A stretch of 64,000 nt of DNA, taken from positions 1 to 64,000 of the forward strand of contig JAQGDQ010000501.1 in assembly GCA_030141605.1 (NCBI GenBank), read 5' to 3'. The DNA comes from Tubiluchus corallicola. Taxonomy: Eukaryota > Animalia > Priapulida. Positions 1 through 46,039 of the stretch are shown here, in pieces. Below the pieces are notes generated by a model, which was not told the DNA's origin, did not search any database, and worked only from the letters and a program-made list of their open reading frames with translations. The position numbers and the translations under genes were made by a program. Positions within the stretch are counted from its first letter, which is position 1. Each line of letters opens with the position of its first letter.

Positions 1-1836
1 ATGCATAGAGTAGCTCTGTGTGTTTAGACTCCAAGCTAACGCCAATTTACTTGTGGGATCTGGTACTGCAGATATGTTTAGAACTCCAAGGACTCTTTAA
101 AAACTCACAGTCAAAGACTGATGAGGGAAAGGTGTTTTTGAACATACATGATTACATGTTGAACAGGCCAACAGGTAACACGCCTTTTGTACTGAATACG
201 TTCGTGACAGCCCCAAGACAATTTCGCATGCTAAACACAGGAGAGATGTCATAAGATGATGCGTCCATACTACTAACAATATTCTAGGAAAGTAGGACTT
301 ATTTTGGTTAATCTGGCTAAGCTTTTTATTTTTCGCCACTGTGGAATTTCATGATAAAGTAGTAGTATCAACTCATGGTAGGCATGCAAATGCATATCAA
401 TTCGAGAAACAGGTAAAGATTTGTTCACAGACAAAAGATTCAAAGAAAACCTACCTGGATGCATTTTCTCACATTTACTTTATTTTATATTCGAGGTTTT
501 ACTTTGCGCAGTTTGCAGTAGTAATACGAAGCTTAAAATATTGAATAATATCAACTACGATAAAAGATCTAATCTTATATTTGAACACTGTTAGAACACA
601 TTAAACTTGACGTAGGCCGAATACTGTTGGTGGTAGTATTGCTTCTATTAGCAGGCTGCCAGACACTCAAAGCAGCAAAAGTGATGGTAACACAGTATTT
701 TGTATTGGGAATATATCACGTATGTACGTCCACACACGTTGCCACTCACTGTTGAGTTTGTTAGCTTGGAAAGAAGTCAGCTGAAAAACAATCCAAACAG
801 ATTTTATGAATCCTTGTTTATTATGTTGTGTCTACAGCAGACAGAGATTCTCTGTCACAGTCAGGGCCACATTAGGACAAAACTGGGGAACTCATTTGGA
901 GACTTTCTGCTATAAGCTAATTGCTAAGGCTCAAAACACCTTGTGAGTTTGATGCCTAATGCTGTAGCGTTCAATGTGGTTGGCAAGTCTGCTCCGTGGA
1001 TTTCTTTCTTCACTAGTTAACTTTTTTGCTAACTTTGTTAGTTTTTGGTAAAACTAGTGAAGTGAACAATACCTGTACCCCAACAGTATTCAGCCTACAT
1101 CAAGTTTAATGTGTTCTAACAGTGTTCAAATATAAGATTAGATCTTTTATCATAGTTGATATTATTCAATATTTTAAGCTTCGTATTACTACTGCAAACT
1201 GCGCAAAGTAAAACCTCGAATATAAAAATAAAGTAAATGTGAGAAAATGCATCCAGGTAGGTTTTCTTTGAATCTTTTGTCTGTGAACAAATCTTTACCT
1301 GTTTCTCGAATTGATATGCATTTGCATGCCTACCATGAGTTGATACTACTACTTTATCATGAAATTCCACAGTGGCAAAAAATAAAAAGCTTAGCCAGAT
1401 TAACCAAAATAAGTCCTACTTTCCTAGAATATTGTTAGTAGTATGGACGCATCATCTTATGACATCTCTCCTGTGTTTAGCATGCGAAATTGTCTTGGGG
1501 CTGTCACGAACGTATTCAGTACAAAAGGCGTGTTACCTGTTGGCCTGTTCAACATGTAATCATGTATGTTCAAAAACACCTTTCCCTCATCAGTCTTTGA
1601 CTGTGAGTTTTTAAAGAGTCCTTGGAGTTCTAAACATATCTGCAGTACCAGATCCCACAAGTAAATTGGCGTTAGCTTGGAGTCTAAACACACAGAGCTA
1701 CTCTATGCATTGTGCCAGAATGGAAAACTTGGGAATGACACTAAATTAAGAATTGAAAAATAGAATGGATTTCATGCCGAGAAAAGGTATTTAGGTGAGT
1801 AGATCACCGTTCAGCACCAGGTAGAACATTGACGCC
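1..1836. mobile_element. Foldback / non-autonomous DNA transposon with very long terminal inverted repeats (left end outside window)
   Basis: 1-630 is the near-perfect reverse complement of 1080-1710, which explains the mirrored ORFs 18-254/1457-1693 and 97-339/1372-1614. The ~450-bp spacer has no transposase. The right arm plausibly continues to ...GACGCC|TTAA at 1831-1840. Confidence 0.75.
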
Positions 1837-1899
1837 TTAAAAAATCAACAATTATTGTTCTTTGCCGATATAATTTGTTCACTTTTTGCAAATTTTCAG

Positions 1900-2055
1900 G
1901 AAATGGTTTAATCTGTGATTGCAATTTACTGTGGCTACGCGAGGGTAAATTCAGATCAGTTTACTTAGACTGCACGCTGCCTGTCCCGAAAATCAATGCC
2001 TCATTAAAAGATATTACGACTACATGCATGAATGCAACACTACCACCAGTAACAG
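1900..2055 (+). CDS. Exon encoding an LRR C-terminal cap (LRRCT) of a gene whose upstream exons lie outside the window
   Basis: Acceptor ttttcAG at 1899 and donor G|GTGAGT at 2056, phase 1-1. Translation GNGLICDCNLLWLREGKFRSVYLDCTLPVPKINASLKDITTTC matches the LRRCT pattern N-x-x-x-C-D-C-x-L-x-W-L...C-x-x-P...C. Confidence 0.75.
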
Positions 2056-2767
2056 GTGAGTAAGTAAAAGTAAAGATATTACTTCTACACCAGGAATTTG
2101 CAGAACAGGCACCACCTATGGTCAAAAATGATAATGTTGTTTTAGTGGTAGTAATCACTGTCTAATGTTGGAGGTTATGATGATAATAGTGACTAGAACT
2201 TATGGGATGAGAACATCTAAGCTCTAATGTTATTTGAAATGCTGGCTTAATCGCTACAAATGACCACTCAGGATATTGCAGACATTACGGCATATTTTCA
2301 CTGACAGCATGTTAATTAAGTAGTATCCATCAGAACTCATAAAAAATGCACAGCTACTTTACAAAATGGAGTGTTTAAGCCAAGGTAGACTGAAACAGGT
2401 GTGGCTAAAAATAAACAGAATTCTATTACCCACGGGATATTTTGTGATTTTATCTCACATACATTTGTGCTCTAGGAATAGTTTTTTCTTGTTTTCTATA
2501 AACTAATATTCAGGTAATCTCACTAACAGTGCGCTTGTTAAGACAAACAGTTCTCATGACAACCAGCATCTGGCAAATTATTATGTTTTAATATTTTTTA
2601 TCTTGTATTTAAGGTCTGACGACAGCAAATGCTAATACGGTGACTAATAGTGATGCGGTTGCTAAGGATGCTAAGGTTGCTAAGGCTACTATTTTTGAGA
2701 TGGTGGGAATAAAACTTAGGTGTCCCATTTACAGATTATCGGATCGGTGGCATTTACCGTGTGGCTA

Positions 2768-3614
2768 ATGTTACTTCTTGTGTGTTCTTCACTTAACTTG
2801 CAGAGTGAAGGCAAGAAAAATTTGTGTAAAAATTTTTTGATTGCAATTGCTTCAGGTGGGACACTTTCTGTAATCAATTGGCAACGCCATGAAGCTCAAA
2901 ATTTAGAGAAATTAGGAAAACGTTTTTTTAGAGGCCAACTATCCCTGAGATAACAACGCAAAATGCCCATGTAACACGACCTTTTTGCAAATAAAGTTGT
3001 CTTAGTAGGTTTTTTGGTTTATTAAATAACTATTATTTAACATGAATTCGCCTCACGGATCATATAGCTCCTGAAAGCTTATTTTCAAGCATTTTCCAGT
3101 ACTAAGAGCACCATGTGATTTTTATAGCTTCATTATTGGTTTTGGTTCCTGGTGAGTGAACGGAGACTGTTCACTTCATTAAGTGTAGTGTCAAATGTCT
3201 CTACATCATCTGCTGAGAAGTCATTAAACAAAAACATTTACAGATATCGGAATTTATGCACCACAACACGCTCGTTGATAAAAAAGACATTTACAAATGC
3301 CACTTTTCTAGAGAAACCTAAGTAAAAGGTTACAGCTTTATACGTTCATCGTTTCAAAGCAGTGTTTATCTTTATGGAAGAATTCCTTAATGCAAAATTT
3401 TCAACAATAATTTAAAACGTCTCCATCACTGCCTTCCTATTATTTATTACATCCTTGTCTATAAACTGGAATAGGTTATTTTGCCAATACATGATGTGCC
3501 ATTTTTGGAATTTATGTATATCTAGCTACATTTAGTTGTATCTTTTTCCAGATATAGGTAGACATGTGCAAAAAGGTTTATCTCATAAGCGCCAGCTAGA
3601 AACAGATCAAGAAG
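2768..3614 (+). CDS. Candidate small 5' exons (signal/propeptide) of the tectonin-EGF gene
   Basis: Three exons: 2768-2810 (MLLLVCSSLNLQSE, GC donor), 3128-3151 (ASLLVLVP, AG/GTGAGT) and 3552-3614 (DIGRHVQKGLSHKRQLETDQE, ttttccAG/GTGAGT). All are phase 1 and splice in frame to 4988. The start exon is uncertain. Confidence 0.4.
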
Positions 3615-4987
3615 GTGAGTAAGCCTACATACTGCCCGCAGTAAGAAATAAACTACACCTGTAAGTTAAACTATAATCTAAGCTGTAAGGTGTAAATAAC
3701 GTGTATCACACGTTACTTATAAATCTGAAATGGCTAACTACATTACGGTACAGTTTAAATATCATTAAATTATAATCATTAATACATATAAATTTGTACA
3801 GTTCTTTAACAGTTGTTCTTTAACATATACTTTATTATTGACGTCATTTATTTTTCGAACACAAATGTGCAGTTGAGTTAGATAAGTGGTTCAATTAAAA
3901 GAAATTAGTAGACTAGTAGTAAAAGTAAAAATAAATATTAAACACTGACAACAACAATAACAAAAAGCAAGCACGGATATTATTTACATAATTACGTACA
4001 AAGCAATTAACTTAACAAGATAATTCACACGCGTGCACTTTTTTGGCAAATACTGCACCTAGTTCTTTTAAAAATCTGTCTATTTTAGGTCAAAATGGCG
4101 CCTGTTTTTAGATCAAACAATTTTTTAGGAACAATCATTTATTGCCTAGTGTATTACTTTTTGTTATGTTCTTATTAAACTTATTAACTCATCTACCAAA
4201 ACAAAATAGTACTCACCTTTCCGAAAACAAGTGCAAAAGAGTTTAGAAAGAAATGAAGAAGTAGGTAAGACACAAAGATAAGATCCCATTGATCAACATA
4301 ACGAATTACGAGACTGGAACTGAAAAGCAATAACGAATAATAGAAGTGCGAAAGTGGGTAAAAGAGACAAATTGAAAAAATAAAAGAATGAAAAGATTGG
4401 ATTTACATGAAATTCGAACAATATGAATGAAGTTAAGCAATGAGGAAGCCAAGTCTGTATACATACAGTATACACTGGCAGGATAAAATTTTCTAATTTC
4501 TTCATCATTTTCCTCTTTACTTCTTCTTTTTATCTACTTCTACATATTCTGTTATTATAACATTTACAATTCCATGACATCAAGATGAATTAGGTTCTAA
4601 GATAAACTATTATAATGTTTTCTATATTTGGTAATGAAGGGTTAATGTTTTTAACACAACTAGGCAAATGGTTTCGTCGTTGAAGCAGATGTACCCTGAA
4701 GGTCCTAGCTGTGATGCGTGTAAAAATATTTAGCATGGAGTAACCTGTTAGCAGTGTAGTATTGCAAAATTATCATTTCTTTTGTTGTTTCACTAACCAT
4801 TAAGCCAACATAGGGATGAAGAAGAGTAAGAAAAGAGAAACAAATAAGAGATGAGCAAAAAGCAGGAAAACAGGCAAGCAACCTAATATATAAATAAATA
4901 CAAATTAATAAATGAAACAAAATAATGATGGTCTAGATGTATCTACAGCAACTTAGAATTATAATTAATATATGTTGCTATATTTAG

Positions 4988-40194
<35,207 letters not shown>

Positions 40195-40444
40195 AGAAAG
40201 TCAACATTCGTTACATTGCGCTAGCAAATGTACATTCATATAGCACAGTCAAAATAATAGTTCACAGATTTTATTAGTTTTTCTATGTATGTCTGATGCT
40301 TATTTATGTCATTTATTTAGAGCATGCAGTTAATAACAGAATTAAATAGATAAATAGGAACAGAATTAAAACAATATTTATTGATTCTACGTGTTAGTTT
40401 TTTAACTTTGATAATGAAAAAAACTGTTATTTTTATTTGCATTT

Positions 40445-41245
40445 AGGTCCAAGTCTACGTAGAATGTAGAATTGATTGTTAAGCCAAAGTCCACGTAGAC
40501 TGTAGAATTGATTGTTAAGCCCAAGTCCACGTAGATTGTAGAATTGATTGTTAAGCCCAAGTCAACGTAGATTGTAGAACTGCTTGTTAAGCCCAAGTCC
40601 ACGTAGATTGTAGAATTGATTGCTAAGCCCAAGTCCACGTAGATTGTAGAATTGATTGTTAAGCCCAAGTCCACATAGATTATAGAATTGATTGTTAAGC
40701 CCAAGTCCACGTAGACTGTAGAATTATTTGTTAAGCCCAAGTCCACGTAGACTGTAGAATTGTTTGTTAAGCCCAAGTCCACGTAGACTGTAGAATTGAT
40801 TGTTAAGCCCAAGTCCACGTAGATTGTAGAATTGATCGTTAATCCCAAGTCAACGTAGATTGTAGAATTGATCGTTAATCCCAAGTAAACGTAGACTGTA
40901 GAATTGATTGTTAAGCCCAAATCCACGTAGATTGTAGAATTGATCGTTAATCCCAAGTCAACGTAGATTGTAGAATTGATTGTTAAGCCCAAGTCCACGT
41001 AGACTGTAGAATTGATTGTTAAGCCCAAGTCCACGTAGATTGTAGAATTGATTGTTAAGCCCAAGTCCACGTAGATTGTAGAATTGTTTGTTAAGCCCAA
41101 GTCCACGTAGATTGTAGAATTGATTGTTAAGCCCAAGTCCACGTAGACTGTAGAATTGTTTGCTAAGCCCAACTCCACGTAGATTGTAGAATTGATTATC
41201 AAACCCAAATTGACGTAGATTGTAGAATGGATTGTCAAGCCCAAG
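40445..41245. repeat. 36-bp minisatellite, ~22 copies
   Basis: Unit GTTAAGCCCAAGTCCACGTAGATTGTAGAATTGATT, contiguous. It produces the 12-aa-periodic minus-strand ORF 40402-41262. Confidence 0.95.
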
Positions 41246-41971
41246 TTTAAGAAAACTACCATGGTTTAAAAGCGCAAACATGGCCTAATGAACTGTGCTA
41301 TAGCTTCACATTGCTCGTGCTTTCGTGGTAAATGGCATAGTTATTATTCGTGCTTATAATCTTTTTTATGAAGTCTCCATGTTTCATGTAATGACAGCTA
41401 TGTATTAAAATATAACATGCAAAGTTTATTTAACCATTTCGCCTATTCGCCACAATGGGAAAAGTGAAGATGCCACTTCAAGCTAATCAGTGCTTAGTTT
41501 ACATTTACGTTTGTATTAGACGAAGGTTTTGTCACCAAACAACTTTACATGTAGTTTCAGGTGGCTGTTATTTTGGCTGTATGAACGTCGTCTTATACCT
41601 TCACCCCTAAAATAAAATTACAAATTTGCGGCAAATGTGGTCCTAACTCTAGTCCTGAGCTCCCAAATTACCACAGGGCAAATATCTGCAGTATAAATGA
41701 TTGGTTAATCTAGTTCAACAAATTTCATTTTAGTAATTTTTAAAGCAAGTTTAATCTAGTAAGTGCTAACACATTTTATAATTAAATAAACACAATAACA
41801 ATCGACAAAATTTGTGAATCGTGATTATATAATTCTGAACTATCGGTGAGTTAATGCTAGCTTTTTTACCAAAATTATGAAGTACATGTGGTGTTATACA
41901 TATCTTTTATGTAATAATTGCTCTTGTTTACTACATTATGGCTCTTAGAGAAAGAGGATACAGTAACTGCT

Positions 41972-42870
41972 TGTGTTTTGGATATAAGCACGTGGTGCCT
42001 CCTGGTGTTTGTTTTTCCTAGTTTAGACAGGTGAGCTAGGTTAGGAAATAGGCCATTGGCCTCATTTCACAGCTAGGATATGAAAGAAGTGACTCGCCGG
42101 TATGCGGCAAAGATGTAAGTTTCATTTCTTCACATTTCGTCATGTCTTGTTATTATTAATTATCATTATACCAGTTACTTAATGTTTTGACGTTGGTTTA
42201 GCAGAAAGAATTTTTAATTTTTCTTCAGATAAAACGAAGTCGAACGCATGTCGCGTACAGTTTTATATCTCAGTCCGTGTACCTAGACGAGACGACCATA
42301 TTGCTTTCGAAAACAGAACACCTGGACAAGGCTAGTACAGCATGGCTTCCGGGCAAGGACAAGATTTGTTGAGACTAAATGAAGAACAGCTTCAGCAAAA
42401 ATCCCCACAAGAGTTAAGAAAGTTGCTACGGGATAAGGGATTACAAGTCGCTGGAAGCAAAGCAGAATTAGTCCAACGAGTACTGGACAGCGAGATTACT
42501 GCAGAGGTAACCACACCTACTTCAAAGAGTGAGAGTGTTGAAACGGCTCGTGACCAATCAGGGGAGTAACGCAAAAGGACAAAACCACGTCCAGCAGTGT
42601 GAAAACTTCTGCAACAAACTTAAGCAGGCTTGATTTGCATGCCTTGAAAATTAAAGAACAGAAACTAAAATTACAAACCATGGAGACCAAACATTTGCGC
42701 ATGCAAAAGGCTAGTCAGGGGTCTGCTAGTTCAGATGTGGTTTCGCCTGTAGCCAAAGAAATATCAAGTGCAGAAAAGGTCAATGAGTGGATTGAAAAGT
42801 CACACAAAGATATCACAGAAGTCTCGTCACCTGAAGGGCTCATCAACCTGGCTCATGAAAACGTACCTGA
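41972..42870 (+). mobile_element. Degenerate LTR-retrotransposon 5' portion (LTR-like segment + SAP-domain gag-like ORF)
   Basis: A TGT...CAGAACA segment (41972-42320) is followed by an ATG at 42342. LQQKSPQELRKLLRDKGLQVAGSKAELVQRVLD is a clear SAP motif. A frameshifted coiled-coil continuation (LKIKEQKLKLQ...EKVNEWIE) follows. No pol and no second LTR. Confidence 0.55.
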
Positions 42871-42874
42871 CAAG

Positions 42875-43300
42875 GTATGCTTGATTATGGAAAGGAGTAT
42901 CTGGTTTACAGGAAAAACGGGGAGTCATGTGGCGGAGGAATCGCCTTACTTATGCGAAAAACAATAAAAAGTGTGTCTAGGTGCAATGAAACGGAAGTAG
43001 CAGCTGTTGATTTAATCAGCACTGCTTCATCAAGACTCGTTTTTTGCTATTGTCCACCACGAGCTGACATTGTATATATTAACAAACTCTGTGACACTAT
43101 AAACTCTCTGTGTAATGTACACTATCCTACCATTGTGATTGGCGATTTTAACTTGCCACTTTTTGAGTGGACCAGTTTTACTTATCCTGTCTCAGCCACG
43201 TATGAAAAGTTTGCTAATTGTATTCTTGAAAATGTAGTGTGTACAAAGTTCTACGTGTAATGATAACATTTTGGACCTTGCTTTTGCAACACTGGTATCA
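42875..43300 (+). mobile_element. LINE (CR1-group) APE endonuclease fragment
   Basis: YLVYRK..GGGIALL, YCPP, IVIGDFNLP and, after a frameshift, NILDLAF are APE-endonuclease motifs of non-LTR elements. Confidence 0.8.
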
Positions 43301-43339
43301 GAAGGGATTGGCTGTAGTGTAGTTTAAAATGGTTTGAAT

Positions 43340-43490
43340 CCACTTACCGTCAGCTCGCTTTTCTATTGCTGCCTCATCCTCGTGGAACGATCTTTCCACA
43401 ATCCATTTATTTGCACCAGGCAGGGTCTATGACCACTTTCAAAAATAACTCAAGAGCGCTTTCTTTTCAAAAAAGCCTATTATAGACGAA
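43340..43490 (+). mobile_element. L2-like LINE 3' end remnant
   Basis: Translates approximately AFSIAASSSWNDL...TTFK...FLFKKAY, the typical L2/CR1 ORF2 terminus. Confidence 0.5.
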
Positions 43491-43804
43491 CGATACTACA
43501 ATTATGTTTTTAATTTATTTTCATTTTCTAGTTGTTTTAGTTAACATAAACTTTATAATAGCTTATTGTTTAACAAACCTGTGTATTTTGTTCTATTTTC
43601 ACTATACCTTAATCTATAATTTTATCAAAGTGTGGTTTCTTACTGTATTAGGCATTTTATTATGAACTCGATGCTCGTACTGTAGGTCTATTAATTTAAT
43701 ATTTTCTAATTATAGCTACTATGTTAACTGCAGTAAACAGCGATGAGACCCATGCTGTTTAAAAAATCAACTATTATTGTTATTATTATTATTATTTCTA
43801 TTTT

Positions 43805-44303
43805 TTATTATTATTGTTGTTGGCATCCTTCTGTCTCGGAAGACAATGAAATGTGCGCCAAGAGAGTCCAATCCTTGAATGTCTCCAGGGCACACGGCTG
43901 GGCAAGGTGTAAGGAGATCCTGAGTTGCCCAGACAACAGGAACCCCCTCTCTTCATCCCTGGTGTAATACAGAGGAAAGCGGAGCTATACGTTTGGCACC
44001 AGGTTGGCTGCAGGAGCTGCCGGAGTCAGTGAGCATGCTGGACTGGTCCGCCTTCGGGGCTCCACTCGGAAGGTTTACTCCTCTACGCATGGCCATTGGG
44101 TCACTTGACCTCCTCCGCCCTCTAGCCGTTGGCAGCTTGTACAGCTCCTCCGCCTAGTTTGAGATACAGTGTGGGCATCCCGCAAGCCTACAGCGCCTGG
44201 TATTTCTAAGCGGTCACCCATCCAAGAACTAACCAGGCTCTACGTTGCTTGACTTCGGTGATCAGACGAGACCCGGCGTTTTCAACGTGATTTGGCCGTA
44301 GTT
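43805..44303 (-). mobile_element. 5S rRNA-derived SINE (SINE3-type) with RTE-like body and (AAC/AAT)n tail
   Basis: The minus strand begins with a 120-nt 5S sequence that runs, without an oligo-T terminator, into a ~360-nt GC-rich body ending ...CCGAGACAGAAGGATGCCA-ACAACAATAATAATAA. It sits in an (ATT)n tract. Confidence 0.7.
44184..44303 (-). rRNA. 5S rRNA-like sequence (diverged; head of a SINE / pseudogene)
   Basis: Reverse complement AACTACGGCCAAATCACGTTGAAAACGCCGGGTCTCGTCTGATCACCGAAGTCAAGCAACGTAGAGCCTGGTTAGTTCTTGGATGGGTGACCGCTTAGAAATACCAGGCGCTGTAGGCTT aligns end to end with metazoan 5S rRNA, including the C-box TTGGATGGGTGACCGC. Confidence 0.9.
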
Positions 44304-44304
44304 G

Positions 44305-44366
44305 TTGTATTATTGTTATTATTATTATTATTAAAATTATTATTATTATTATTATTATTATTATTG

Positions 44367-44425
<59 letters not shown>

Positions 44426-44440
44426 GTTATTATTATTAAA

Positions 44441-44506
<66 letters not shown>

Positions 44507-44546
44507 ATTATTATTATTATTATTATTATTATATTATTATTATTAA

Positions 44547-44577
<31 letters not shown>

Positions 44578-44597
44578 ATTATCATCATTATTATTAT
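44305..44597. repeat. (ATT)n microsatellite
   Basis: Direct reading. Confidence 0.97.
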
Positions 44598-45073
44598 CCA
44601 AACCAATTTATGCAGGCACTTCAAAGCATTCATTAGTTTATTATTACAACAACACAACTTTTATTTAAAACTGTAATTTACAACTGATTGAAAAACATGT
44701 GCAAATGATTCGATAGCAATCAGCTATCATCATCAGTGGTACACTGTAGTACCAATAGTGTACAACTGGTTTGTTGTTTGCACAGTGTACCACTGATGAG
44801 GGCAGCTGATTGTTTTAATATTTACTGCAACTGGGGAAGCAGAAACCCCAGACTTGAAAGAAACTTCAGTCATTAAGCATTGAAACGTGCATGGCACTAT
44901 CAAGCTGGTACACCCTTAAAACACAAGCTTGTTGACAGACTCTCATTGTCCTAGCCATGTTATTATAGCAGCGTCTTCAAGTTATTGTACTTTATTAAAA
45001 CTACTGAATGTTGCCTAAATTGCCATAGGTAATTGTAGAAAACAACAATTTATTACACCAATGTAATGCAGAA

Positions 45074-45276
45074 TCTATATATTAATTCTACTGGTATGTT
45101 ATATATATATAATATTCGAGGCTAGATATGGATAGATAGCCCGTTTAGCGGTGGGTGTAATAGGCACATTTAGAATTCGCGAGAGGGCCACGGCGAATTG
45201 AGGACTATGTAGGATGTTCGCATATTTTTTATTATACGTGTATTTTTACGCAAAATTTTTGCGGGACCTTTGCTAG
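45074..45276 (+). mobile_element. Non-autonomous Helitron-like element, short internally deleted copy
   Basis: 5' A|TCTATATATTAATTC..., subterminal palindrome GCAAAATTTTTGC, and 3' CTAG|T. Shares blocks with the copies at 45977 and 57966. Confidence 0.65.
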
Positions 45277-45413
45277 TGTATAATTAATCTAGTAGAAACG
45301 CGTATAATTGTACTTTCAGACCACATTTAAGAACACCGATTTTTTTAACTTAAGGTTTAGGACGTAAATGCTAATTAATCAGGGAAAATTTTAATCTCGA
45401 TTTTGCGTTTCAG

Positions 45414-45656
45414 GTAGTTGTCTTTACGCATGCTCAGCATGGCGGCTGCTACGGATACCGACCCAGTGCTTATTATGGATACATTCAGAAGAGTAATCCC
45501 AGCCACAGATCATACGTTTACTTCCAGCGACATACTATCCCGTATGAAGACTTGTACGATTCCACATACACTGATCATTACGTGTTCCATACATCTACTT
45601 ATTATACTTATCAAAGCTACGGCAAATACAGCAGTGGTGGTGGTGGATACCACTAA
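45414..45656 (+). CDS. Terminal exon of a small Tyr/His/Gly-rich, probably secreted protein
   Basis: Acceptor ttttgcgtttcAG at 45413. Phase-0 open frame VVVFTHAQHGGCYGYRPSAYYGYIQKSNPSHRSYVYFQRHTIPYEDLYDSTYTDHYVFHTSTYYTYQSYGKYSSGGGGYH* (80 aa, 17 Tyr, 7 His). GC content is higher than in the flanks. The first exon was not identified. Confidence 0.6.
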   Translation, partial: VVVFTHAQHGGCYGYRPSAYYGYIQKSNPSHRSYVYFQRHTIPYEDLYDSTYTDHYVFHTSTYYTYQSYGKYSSGGGGYH

Positions 45657-45976
45657 GGCCTGCAGCATAGAAACGTGCGTTTTGCATAGTTTCTCACGAG
45701 TGTGAATTGGTGGTAGAAATTTAACCTGATAACTGGCCTATAAAGCACCTAGGCCTAGTTCATATATCATATGTGTAATGGGCCTAATAAGTAAATCATA
45801 ATGTGCTTGTTCTGCAAATAATAATTTGTATGTAAGCAACGCTCCTGAAAACATCGTTCATGCAATATAACTTATATAATAGGTATTAAATCAAAGCAAT
45901 GCGATCATAGTTATGGTAGCTTAAAGTCAGTTGCGATTAGCATCATTATTACTGTTATCTCATAAGTAGTATAACA

Positions 45977-46001
45977 TCTATACTCTTATATTAATATTCT
46001 T

Positions 46002-46039
<38 letters not shown>

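Noticed and set aside
18-1693. Mirrored ORF pairs as duplicated genes
   Set aside because: They are by-products of the inverted repeat, are short, and have no recognisable domain.
40445-41245. CRISPR-like array (36-bp repeats)
   Set aside because: Head-to-tail tandem repeat without spacers or a leader.
44184-44303. Functional 5S rRNA gene
   Set aside because: Single copy, several substitutions including the 5' end, no oligo-T terminator, and fused to a retroposon-like body.
45418-45705. 95-aa ORF from the track (MSLRMLSMAA...)
   Set aside because: An overlapping alternative frame. The frame set by the 45413 acceptor gives a much more coherent, compositionally biased protein.
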